Below, piece by piece: positions 1-8,595 of a DNA stretch of 64,000 nucleotides; position 1 is the first letter of the stretch, and each line of letters opens with the position of its first letter. A program made the translations under genes and the position numbers. The notes beneath the pieces are model-generated. The model did not search any database and was not told where the DNA came from. It saw only the letters and a program-made list of their open reading frames with translations. Source of the DNA: Candidatus Krumholzibacteriota bacterium (GTDB lineage: Bacteria > Krumholzibacteriota > Krumholzibacteriia > JAJRXK01); contig JAJRXK010000108.1 in assembly GCA_024276305.1 (NCBI GenBank), positions 8,172 through 72,171 of the forward strand, given 5' to 3'.

Positions 1-1461
1 CAACCAGTTGTTCGTCTGGCGCACGTCCTCGGCATCCATGTCTTCGCGCAGGACCACCAAGAGATCGAAGTGTCGCGCGGCCCTCGTGTTGACGCTCACT
101 CTCAGCAGCCGAAAGTTTCCTCGGGCCTGGACCCGCGAAATCCACAGACCCGCCGCCGCGATGTGTTGGACCCGGAATTCCTCTTCCTCGTGGGCGAGGA
201 TGACGGCCTGTTCGAGAAAGGAGGTCTCGCACACCAGGACTCGCATTCGCTCGCGGGTCGGGAGATCCACGTCGTCGTCGAAACGTGCGATGCGCTGCCA
301 CTGTTCGGCTTCGAGGTCCACGTGCTGGCGGTCGAGTCTCTCTTCGAACCACAGGAAGTTGCGGGCCAATTGGGTCTGGGCGAAGGCCGCGAGTTCCTCG
401 TCCTCCCCCAGCAGGATCCAACTCGCCAGCTCCGCCCGGACCGACTTGTAGTAGATCTCCTGGTGACGGACGAAGTCGCCCAAGAGGGTCAGGATGTGCT
501 GAATCTGTTGCCTCACCACCGGCCGCGCCGGCCATTCGATGCGTCGGCGGTATTCGGAGAGTCGACGACGCAGGGCGGTCAACCGACGGGGACCCACCGA
601 GGCCCGGGCCAGGATCTGGATGCTCTCCTCGTTGAGAAAACTCAGACCCGAGTCGAGGAAGTGCCCGAAACCGGGGTCCTCTTCGGCGGCTCGGCGATCG
701 AGGAGGAGAATCCGGTAGGCGAGACAGCGGAGCTCTTCACTCGGGTGACGCGCCAGAGTGGCGAGTCGGCTCCGGAGGACGGAGGCCAGGCGCTCGTCCA
801 ATTCGGGCAGGTCCCGCCCCAATTCCTTCAATTCGGTGCGGCAGCGTTGGTCCTCCCCCAGAAGCGCCTCCGCCAGGCGGCGGTGGAAGCGGCGCAGCTC
901 GGGAGGGAGGCCCGAGCCCAGATCATCGACTCCCCGATCCCTCCGGGGGGCGTGGTCATCGGGCAGCAGCAGGATCGAATCCCAGGGGTCGGATCGGACG
1001 TCCCATCCCGCACGACAGGGGACCGCAGCGAAGAGCTGGGCGTTGCCCAGCCAGAGCCGAGGTTGCCGGGCCAGCACCCCGAGGTCGACGACCCATGCTC
1101 CCTCTTCGGGGGGTCTTCTGCAGGAGTAGACGAAGTCGCCGATCTGCACTGCCCGGTCGGAGGTCCGGGAGATCCGGAGAAAACGGGCGTGCCGCAGATC
1201 CTTCAGGCCGTCGGGGAGCGCCACCCAATCGCTCTCGAGCGAACCCAGATCGCGGAGGATCCACCGGGGCAGTCTCACTCGGATCCCGTCGATCTCGTGC
1301 TCGAGCTGGGGACTGCGGTAGAGCTCGGCGATGAGCTCGGCGAAGTGCTCCTGGATCACTTTTCGCCGGTAGGTCTGCTTCGGCGTCAGCTCCCCGAGCT
1401 GCGGATCGAAGTCCCGGCGGAGCAGTGCGAAGTCGATGACTCTCTCGAAGGGGGCGAGAGA
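1..1461 (-). CDS. Continuation of acyl-CoA ligase reading frame past in-frame TAA (conserved ligase C-terminal motif, then >=430 aa uncharacterised extension); partial, runs off left edge
   Basis: Minus-strand frame immediately after the TAA at 1462-1464 reads SLAPFERVIDFALLRRDFDPQLGELTPKQTYRRKVIQEHFAELIAELY..., which matches the extreme C-terminus of ACSL/FadD-type ligases. The frame stays open with GC3-rich codons and protein-like composition to position 1. It is absent from the ORF track only because no stop lies inside the window. Confidence 0.6.
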
Positions 1462-3210
1462 TTAGTTCGCCGCGGCGATGATGCGTTGGAAGTACTCTCG
1501 TTCTCGGTCAGGAGTGCCGAGCTGCGCCAGCACCGCGTCCTCCCGGTCGGGAACGATCAACAGCACATTCCACGAACGGTGGTCTCCGACGAGGAAGGCC
1601 CGTCGCACTCCGGCCGTCTCCTCCAGGATGCGCTCGATCTTTCGAGGGGCGATGGTCTGGCCTCGGTCGTTCTTGTAGATGTCCTTGATGCGATCGACGA
1701 TCTGGAGCTGCCCGTTCTCCAATTCGCGGAAGAGATCGCCGGTTCGGAGCCAGGTCTTGGGAGAAGCTTCGGGGCGGGGCAGACAGACCAATCCCTCGGC
1801 GTCGGGATCGAGGTAGTCGGCGACATAGGGCCCTCCGATGCTCATCTCTCCCTGGGCATCGAGGACGAGGTCGATCCCCGGCAAGGGCCTTCCCACGCTG
1901 TCGTCGACATAGTCGCCCGCCGGACTCATGGTGATTCCCCCCGTCGCCTCGGTCATGCCGAAGCCGCTGCAGAGCTCCACTCCATGGCGGTGGAAGAAGC
2001 GGAAGATGCGGGGGTCGAGGTAGCCCGCGGCGGAGAGTCCCCACCGCAGGCCCGAGCCCACGACCTGCCGCAACGCGGCCTCCTTCTCCTCTCCCGACGA
2101 GACCCGGTCCATGGCCTCGAGGCAGCGGTCCCGCATCTGTTTCCACCGCAGCGGAATGCCGATCAGGCCGGTGGGTTCGACTTCGGGGAGCGCACTCAGA
2201 AAGGTCTCGGCCGAAGTGTTGCCCACGAAGACATAACGTCCTCTCCAGTAGAGCATGGCCAGGAGTTCGAGGAAGCGACCGAAGGTGTGGTAGAGCGGAA
2301 GGTAGCAGAGCAGGATCTCGTCGCGTCCGACCGCCGGAAGCGCCGCGGCCCGACAGAAGCGCTTGGTCACGAGGTGGAGGTCGGTGAAGGCCACTCCCTT
2401 GGGGCGGCCAGTGCTTCCGGAGGTGAACATCACCGTGGAAATGGCCCGGGGATCGACTTCGCGGCGATCGGCCAGGAGCGATTCGACCTGTTGAGGAGAG
2501 AGGGCCGCGGCCAGATCGTCCAGACGTTCGACATCCCCGGTTCGGACCCAGGCACTGTCCTCGAGAGAGAGGATTCCGAAGGTCGACTTCCCCTTGCGCC
2601 GCAGATCGCAGAGCCTCTGCTGCCGTTCCTCGGTATCGGTGACCACGAGGTCGATGTCGAGGCGGCGGAGAATCCAGTGGAGGTGGTCGAGGGGGGTGTG
2701 CACGCTCAGCGGGGTGACGACGATGCCCTCGGTGAGGCATCCCAAGTCGCAGCAGGCGCCGGCCACGGAGTTGTCCAGGTAGAGAGCCACCCGGGGGCGG
2801 TCTGAGGGTCCCTCCTCGTGCCGACCACGAGCGATGAAGGTGGCGGCATAGCGGCGGGCCCGTTGACGCAGGGGTCCCACCCCCCAGCTGCGCCGGCCGG
2901 TCGCGGTCGCTTCCACCAGGTAGACCCTCTCGGGATCTTCCTCCGCTCGTCGCTCCAAGAGGGTGCCCAAGGTGTAGCGACTCCGCTCGATGAGGCGGAT
3001 GCAGAGCGGCGCCCACACCTCATCCCGCGATTCGCGGTCGAGAGCCCCGAGGAAGTCGGGATCGCTGGTGAGGTCGAGAAAATCGTGGGCCAGGTCGCGG
3101 GGAAGGGACGCGGGCTCGGCGCGAGAGAAGGCGCGCAGGAGGGACCGCGCGAGGTCGCGGTCGCGACTCTGCGACCACTCGCTCAGTCGGCGTCGAAGGG
3201 CATCGTCCAT
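1462..3210 (-). CDS. Long-chain-fatty-acid--CoA ligase (AMP-forming), terminated prematurely by in-frame TAA
   Basis: 582-aa ORF with the AMP-binding signature TSGSTGRPKGV, a TGD motif (WLRTGDL) and IVDRIKDIYKNDRGQTIAPRKIE. It stops about 50 aa before the expected end of the family. Confidence 0.85.
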   Translation of the reverse strand: MDDALRRRLSEWSQSRDRDLARSLLRAFSRAEPASLPRDLAHDFLDLTSDPDFLGALDRESRDEVWAPLCIRLIERSRYTLGTLLERRAEEDPERVYLVEATATGRRSWGVGPLRQRARRYAATFIARGRHEEGPSDRPRVALYLDNSVAGACCDLGCLTEGIVVTPLSVHTPLDHLHWILRRLDIDLVVTDTEERQQRLCDLRRKGKSTFGILSLEDSAWVRTGDVERLDDLAAALSPQQVESLLADRREVDPRAISTVMFTSGSTGRPKGVAFTDLHLVTKRFCRAAALPAVGRDEILLCYLPLYHTFGRFLELLAMLYWRGRYVFVGNTSAETFLSALPEVEPTGLIGIPLRWKQMRDRCLEAMDRVSSGEEKEAALRQVVGSGLRWGLSAAGYLDPRIFRFFHRHGVELCSGFGMTEATGGITMSPAGDYVDDSVGRPLPGIDLVLDAQGEMSIGGPYVADYLDPDAEGLVCLPRPEASPKTWLRTGDLFRELENGQLQIVDRIKDIYKNDRGQTIAPRKIERILEETAGVRRAFLVGDHRSWNVLLIVPDREDAVLAQLGTPDREREYFQRIIAAAN

Positions 3211-3363
3211 CGTGACCTTGGCATTCCTCGCGGTGGGATCCGCCCCGTACTCTGCGGCAAATCGCAGGCCGCGTACACGCCAAAACTTCCCTTGCCAAGG
3301 GTCGAGGGCGGGTGGGAGATTGCTTCTCGCACCCCGTCTTGGACCTCACCGGAAGGAATCGAC

Positions 3364-3711
3364 ATGCGCAGTCTCCACGCCGCGTTCTTCCTGTCCTTCG
3401 TCGCCTCGACCGTGGTGCAGTGGAACGATCCGGATTGGTTGCCATGGATGGCGATCTACGCGGTGGCCGCCTGGGAGAGCGGACATGCGGTCTTCGGACG
3501 ACAGGAGCGAGCCCGGGCCCTGGTGGTGGCCTTGGTCGCCCTCGCCTGGCTCACGAAGATCGGACCCGAAGCTCTGCACGGAGATTGGGTCTTCAACGAG
3601 GTGCAGCGCGAGAGCGGAGGCCTGCTCCTGGTCAGTCTCTCGATGATGGCGGTCTGGCACAGTCCGGTCGAGGTCTCGGATCGACTCGCGGATCAGTCCT
3701 CGAGAAACTGA
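3364..3711 (+). CDS. Small hydrophobic membrane protein, hypothetical
   Basis: ATG preceded by GGAAGGA. 115 aa with 3-4 predicted TM segments (FFLSFVASTVV, ALVVALVALAWL, LLLVSLSMMAVW). Confidence 0.5.
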   Translation: MRSLHAAFFLSFVASTVVQWNDPDWLPWMAIYAVAAWESGHAVFGRQERARALVVALVALAWLTKIGPEALHGDWVFNEVQRESGGLLLVSLSMMAVWHSPVEVSDRLADQSSRN

Positions 3712-4388
3712 TCGAGGAGTTCCTCGAGGACTTCGTGGGACCGAGCAAAACGGTCTGGGCGAGCCAGGATCTCGGTGGGAGATTGGACGTAGGGGCCCTC
3801 TCCGTCGAGATCGTCGGGGCACATCTGGATCAACTGTTCCGCGCCTTCGGGAGTCATCTCCAAGTGGAATTGGATGCCCAGGACGCGGTCGCCCAGACGG
3901 AAGGCCTGGTGGGCACAGCCCCGGCTGCGGACGAGTCCGACCGCCTCTTCGGGGAGGGTGAAGGCCTCGCGGTGCCAATGGAAGACCTCTTCGCTGCGGA
4001 CCAGGATTCGGCCCAGAGTCTCCATGGCGTGACCTTCGGCGGCCTAGATGCCGAACCAGCCGATCTCGGCCTGTTCCGCGGGCCGAATCTCCGCTCCCAC
4101 GGCCTCCGCCAGAAGCTGGGCTCCGAGGCAGATGCCCAGGATGCGGGCCTGGGTTCGCAGGGCTTCGGTCAGGAACTCCTTTTCGGCGGCCAGCCAGGGG
4201 TGGTCCTCGAGGTCGTGGACGCTCATGGGCCCGCCCATCACCACCAGCAGATCGACCTCGTGGGGATCGGGAAAGACCGCGCTCTCCCAGCTCCGGGTGG
4301 CGGAGATCTGGGAGGCCCGGCCCGCGAGGAGGGGCCGGAGGTGACCCAGTCCTTCGAAGGGTGCGTGCTGGATCCAGTGAACGCGCAA
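3693..4388 (-). CDS. Class I glutamine amidotransferase (GATase1-like) interrupted by an in-frame TAG at 4044-4046
   Basis: The N-terminal fragment carries VMGGPMSVHD...ILGICLGAQLLA (catalytic Cys motif). The C-terminal fragment carries VFHWHREAF...GIQFHLEMTPE (His/Glu region). Both are in one frame, separated only by TAG. TTG start at 4388. Confidence 0.75.
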
Positions 4389-4566
4389 GCTTCTACCTCG
4401 GGCCCGAGAGTGCAGCGCCAGAATGCAACGGACCGGGGAGGGAAGTCCAGTCCGGAGAGGCCATCGGGGCCTTCCTTTCCTATCCTCTGGTCTGCAACCA
4501 TGGGGGTCCCCACATCCCTCTCCGGGAGGGGGATCCCGCAGTCCGGCTTCGCCCAGGAGGGTTCTG

Positions 4567-4767
4567 ATGCCACTCTATGACTATCACTGCCCCGACTGCG
4601 GTCATCGATTCGAAGAGTTTCGGCCGATGGCGGAACGCGACCACGCTCCCTGCCCGAAGTGCGGGAAAGAGGCGGACAAGCAGTTGTCCGGCTTCTTCAG
4701 TCCCCGTTCGACATCGTCCTCATCGACCCCCCCGCCCTGTGGCGGAGGTGGGCTCCCCGGGGGCTGA
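4567..4767 (+). CDS. FmdB-family zinc-ribbon protein
   Basis: MPLYDYHCPDCGHRFEEF...CPKCG, two CxxC pairs, 66 aa. Confidence 0.8.
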   Translation: MPLYDYHCPDCGHRFEEFRPMAERDHAPCPKCGKEADKQLSGFFSPRSTSSSSTPPPCGGGGLPGG

Positions 4768-4800
4768 GGCATCTGATCCCGCGCGCCCGGCGGGCGCGCA

Positions 4801-5427
4801 TCAAGTCGAGAGGCGGGGATTGAGAGTGTAGGTGCCGACCCACTGGGCTTCGGCCAGAACGTGCCCCTCCATGGCGTCGCGGACCTCCACCCCGCCGAAT
4901 TCCCCTCGAAGGTCCAGGGTGGGCAGATCGAGGGCGTAGAGGCAGAAATGATAGTGGTGGAGGATCGAGTCGTTCCAAGGGGGACAGGGTCCGTCATAGC
5001 CCCCGTAGCTGCCGCTCATCTCTGGATCGTCGGCGAACCACTGGGTGTAGTTGTTGATGCCCTGCACCCCGAATTCGCAACTCCCGGGTTCTTTCCCCCG
5101 AGGGGTCACCCCGTCGCTGGCCGCCGCTTCGGCGATTCGGCTCCGCTGGGGCGAGATGTCCACGAGAACCCAGTGAAAGAAATCGATCCGAGGTAGGTCG
5201 GGCGGAATCTCCCTCCCCTCCTGATTCACGTCTTCGGCCGAACTCGGGACGTCACGGTCGTAGCAGAGCAGGACCAGTGACTTCGTGGCGGAGGGGAGAT
5301 CATCCCAGCGAATCTCCGGATTGCGATTGGCACTCCACTTCACGTGGCTCTCCGGGTCGGGGGCCCCGAAGGCGAAGCGGGGGTCCATGGCCTCACCATT
5401 GGCGAAGGCCGGAATCTCCATGCGCAT
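4801..5427 (-). CDS. YbhB/YbcL-family phosphatidylethanolamine-binding (Raf kinase inhibitor-like) protein
   Basis: FFHWVLVDI and GYDGPCPP...HHYHFCLYALD motifs. ATG at 5427 is preceded by GAGAGAGGAG. The longer upstream ORF extension has no ribosome-binding site. Confidence 0.8.
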   Translation of the reverse strand: MRMEIPAFANGEAMDPRFAFGAPDPESHVKWSANRNPEIRWDDLPSATKSLVLLCYDRDVPSSAEDVNQEGREIPPDLPRIDFFHWVLVDISPQRSRIAEAAASDGVTPRGKEPGSCEFGVQGINNYTQWFADDPEMSGSYGGYDGPCPPWNDSILHHYHFCLYALDLPTLDLRGEFGGVEVRDAMEGHVLAEAQWVGTYTLNPRLST

Positions 5428-5646
5428 CGTTTTCTCCTCTCTCGCAGAAGCCCGATCGGGGCGGCATTGCAGACTCCATGGTCGCCCATTGAACCCCGCC
5501 TGGGGCCATTCCACAAGGGCGACACTTCTCCCCGCCTCCATGGACTTCCAGCCGCCGATCCTGCTACACTGGGGAGTCTCGTCTCGCCAGCAGCGCGCCC
5601 TGCGCGTTTGCGCACTTTTTCTGCCTTCAACCTCTGGAAGTCCACC

Positions 5647-7419
5647 GTGCGCTCCCGATTCATCTCCGCATTGAGCATCGCTTCACTCCTGCTTCTCTCA
5701 CTGCCCGTGATGGCGGGCACCCTCGCTCCGATCCTTCCCGACGGGGACTTCGCCGAGTGGTCCACCGTTCCCACCCTGGGGGTCGACCCCGCCGGCGATG
5801 GTGGCACCGTGGATTTCGGCACGGTCTGGGCCGCCAACGACCAGGATTGGTTCTACCTCCGCTTCGAGGTCGGGGGAGAGATCCAGCCCGACGAAGGGCA
5901 GGATGTGGTCCTGTACCTCGACACCGATCTGAACAGTTCCACCGGACAGTCCATCCAGGGGATCGGGGCGGATCTGGTGTGGGAGTTGGGGCTCCGCAAT
6001 GGGACCTTCTACACTCCCTCGGCCAAATCCGTCGGTCACGCCGACGTGGGCCTTCGCATCTCTCCCACGGTGAGCAGTACCGAATTCGAGATGGCCTTCG
6101 ACCGCAATGCGCTTCCCGCTTCGGGGAAGAGTCTCTTCCCCGGGAACTCGGTGCGCGTGGTCCTCGAGGATCGAAACGGAGGGGATACCGCACCCGATAG
6201 CGGAAGCTATCTCTACGACTTTGCGGCCGGAACCCTCACTCCGGCCACCCTCCCCACCAGTCGGGCGGGCGCGAGCCACCTCCGTATGGTCACCTGGAAC
6301 ATCCAGAGCGACGGCCTCTTCAGCGGAGGATCGACCGAGGCGGCCCAGCAGCGCATGTCCCAGGTGATGGATCCCGACATCTTCCTCTTCGAAGAGGTCT
6401 GGAACCACAACGCCAATGATGTGGCTGCGCAGGTCGAAGTCCTTCTTCCCAGCGGAGCGGGTCAGACCTGGAATGCGATCAAGATCGACAGCGGCAATGT
6501 CATCTGCACTCGGCTGCCGATCCTCAACAGTTGGGAGATCTATCCTGCGCACCGCCTCACCGCCGCTCTCCTCGACGCCAGCAGTAGCCTGGGCCAGGAC
6601 GTGCTGGTGATCGCCAATCACTGGCGTTGTTGCACCGCCGATGCCGAACGTCAGAACGAAGCCGACGCCCTGGTGGCCTTCTTGCGCGACGCTCGGACGC
6701 CGGGCGGAGTCATCGACCTGGCCCCCAACACCCCGGTGATCATCGGGGGAGACTTCAATCTGGTGGGGTGGGCGGCCCAACTCACGACCGCCATCACCGG
6801 CAACATCGCCGACAATGGAACCTGGGGTCCGGACAGTCCTCCCGACTGGGATGGATCCACTCTGGACGTGGTGCCGGCCCGACATGTGGACGCACGGGAG
6901 TCCTATACCTGGCGGCGGGACAGCAGCTCCTTCTACGCCGGGCTCCTCGATTGGATGTTCTACACCGCGAGTGCCGTGGAATTGGGCAATCACTACGTTC
7001 TCGAGACGCGGACGATGAAGTCCAGCACCCTCGGTGCGCTGGGTTTGAATGCCGATGACACCATCGTCGCCAGCGACCATGCGCCCCGGGTCGCGGACTT
7101 CTTCATCGCCCAGAGCACCGGAGCCGATCCCACGCCTCGGGCCCCGCATCTGGGCTTGGAGATCTATCCGAATCCGGCCAATCCCCGGGCTCGCATCCGC
7201 TTCGAACTCGGACAGAGCTCGGAAGTGGAATTGAGCATCTACGATGCCGCGGGCCGCTTCGTACGGACTCTCCACCAGGGCGCCCTCGGAGTCGGGACTC
7301 ATGAATACGTGTGGGACGGCACCGATGCCGCCGGCCGTGAAGTCGCTTCCGGAGTCTACTTCGTCCAGGTGCGTGGAGATCGGGCCCATCAGACCAAGTC
7401 GCTGGCGCTGGTGCGCTGA
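5647..7419 (+). CDS. Secreted endonuclease/exonuclease/phosphatase (EEP) family protein with T9SS-type C-terminal sorting domain
   Basis: Signal peptide FISALSIASLLLLSLPVMAG after a GTG start. EEP core (MVTWNIQSD..., VIGGDFN, ASDHAP). Last ~85 aa LEIYPNPANP...VELSIYDAAGR...ASGVYFVQV match the Por-secretion/FlgD-Ig-like C-terminal domain. Confidence 0.75.
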   Translation: MRSRFISALSIASLLLLSLPVMAGTLAPILPDGDFAEWSTVPTLGVDPAGDGGTVDFGTVWAANDQDWFYLRFEVGGEIQPDEGQDVVLYLDTDLNSSTGQSIQGIGADLVWELGLRNGTFYTPSAKSVGHADVGLRISPTVSSTEFEMAFDRNALPASGKSLFPGNSVRVVLEDRNGGDTAPDSGSYLYDFAAGTLTPATLPTSRAGASHLRMVTWNIQSDGLFSGGSTEAAQQRMSQVMDPDIFLFEEVWNHNANDVAAQVEVLLPSGAGQTWNAIKIDSGNVICTRLPILNSWEIYPAHRLTAALLDASSSLGQDVLVIANHWRCCTADAERQNEADALVAFLRDARTPGGVIDLAPNTPVIIGGDFNLVGWAAQLTTAITGNIADNGTWGPDSPPDWDGSTLDVVPARHVDARESYTWRRDSSSFYAGLLDWMFYTASAVELGNHYVLETRTMKSSTLGALGLNADDTIVASDHAPRVADFFIAQSTGADPTPRAPHLGLEIYPNPANPRARIRFELGQSSEVELSIYDAAGRFVRTLHQGALGVGTHEYVWDGTDAAGREVASGVYFVQVRGDRAHQTKSLALVR

Positions 7420-7475
7420 ACCGAAAAGCGGTGGCAGGGCGTCGTCGAGGACGAGCCCTGCACTCTGTCTGTCCA

Positions 7476-7513
7476 CAGAGAGAAGGGGCGCCCGAGGGCG
7501 CCCCTTCTCTCTG
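7476..7513. terminator. GC-rich 18-bp stem hairpin between convergent genes (putative bidirectional terminator, no U-tract)
   Basis: cagagagaaggggcgccc-ga-gggcgccccttctctctg, a perfect inverted repeat. Confidence 0.45.
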
Positions 7514-7560
7514 GTCTGCATCACGACCCGGCGGAGGGTCCGCCGTTGGTCGCGACAATT

Positions 7561-8259
7561 CTACTCGTCGTAGCTGGCCTTGACCGAAGTCCAGGAAGCA
7601 TCATCGACCGGAACGGTGATCAGATCGAAGTCCGTCGTGCGACGGGGCAGGATCTCACCGGTGCCATTGAAGCACTTGGTCGCACCCACGATGGCGACCA
7701 CGTCGCCGAGCATACCGTCGACCACGGCGGTATCGATGCCGGTGGTTCCGTCGACGAAGACGGTGACCGCACCGCTGCCGTCATCGATGCTGTAGATGCT
7801 GTTGAAGCCGGCGCTCACCAGGCTCAACACACCCTGAACATGCATGAAGTCGGCGAGCTGATCGGTCCCGGCCGCGAGTGCACCGGTGGTGATGTGATTC
7901 GCCACGGGCACGTTGCCACTGCTGTTGATGACGAAGGTGGTGCCATTGAGCTGAATCTCGCTGCCGAAGGCACCGACGGTTCCGGTCATCGTGATGTTGT
8001 CACCCTCGAAGATCACGCCCTGGGTGGCGGAATCGAAGAACGTGATGCCGCCATTGGGGCACTGCACATAGACTGCACCGCTGTTGTAGGTGCCGGCCTG
8101 CACGTAGACCGTACCGGTCAGGGTCACCAGGGTCCCGGCCAGCGGAGACGGCGCACAGCCGTTGGTTCCGATGCCGTGGATGTCGGCGGCGGTCTGCGCC
8201 ATGGCGCTTCCGGCGACGAAGACGAGGACGAGAGAGAGAAGCATGATCCTCTTGATCAT
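7561..8259 (-). CDS. Secreted hypothetical protein (Gly/Thr-rich beta-type domain)
   Basis: ATG preceded by AGAAGGG. Signal peptide MIKRIMLLSLVLVFVAGSAMA. No catalytic motifs recognised. Confidence 0.6.
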   Translation of the reverse strand: MIKRIMLLSLVLVFVAGSAMAQTAADIHGIGTNGCAPSPLAGTLVTLTGTVYVQAGTYNSGAVYVQCPNGGITFFDSATQGVIFEGDNITMTGTVGAFGSEIQLNGTTFVINSSGNVPVANHITTGALAAGTDQLADFMHVQGVLSLVSAGFNSIYSIDDGSGAVTVFVDGTTGIDTAVVDGMLGDVVAIVGATKCFNGTGEILPRRTTDFDLITVPVDDASWTSVKASYDE

Positions 8260-8595
8260 TGGGCCCTTCTTTCATGGAGTGAATCTGGTGTCGACATGCC
8301 CGCACCCGGGATGGACCCATCCGCCTCCGCCGAGGGGCAGCGCAGAGGGCCGTTACGAGGACCCGGGAGGGCCTTCACAGTCTCGATGGTAACAATTCGG
8401 CCACCTTTCTTCTACTGCCATTCCTCCGGACTGGATGAAGATCAGGCAGTACTTTCACCAAATGTACGATTTTGGAGCCTTGGCTTCGGCTCCCCTCTGC
8501 GCTGCGGAGTTGGTGGTTCGACGAAGGGAGCTCCCGCGAGTATTCTTGACCCCGTTCTCCACTTCCCTCCCCACCGTTCTCTGGAAAGGCCTTCC

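Noticed and set aside
70-2805. 911-aa plus-strand ORF
   Set aside because: It lies antisense to the acyl-CoA ligase and its continuation. Composition is Gly/Asp/Glu/Val-rich shadow sequence typical of the opposite strand of high-GC genes, and it has no motifs.
4044-4046. TAG as pyrrolysine, or either stop as selenocysteine
   Set aside because: Sec uses TGA, not TAA or TAG. Pyrrolysine is not expected in a glutamine amidotransferase. No SECIS-like hairpin follows either stop.
5698-7524. 608-aa minus-strand ORF
   Set aside because: Antisense shadow of the EEP nuclease/phosphatase gene. No ribosome-binding site or domain.
7546-8595. N-terminal 350 codons of the 1043-aa plus ORF
   Set aside because: The real S9 peptidase starts at the ATG at 8596, where a ribosome-binding site and signal peptide are present. 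The upstream part is antisense to the secreted protein gene and the promoter region.
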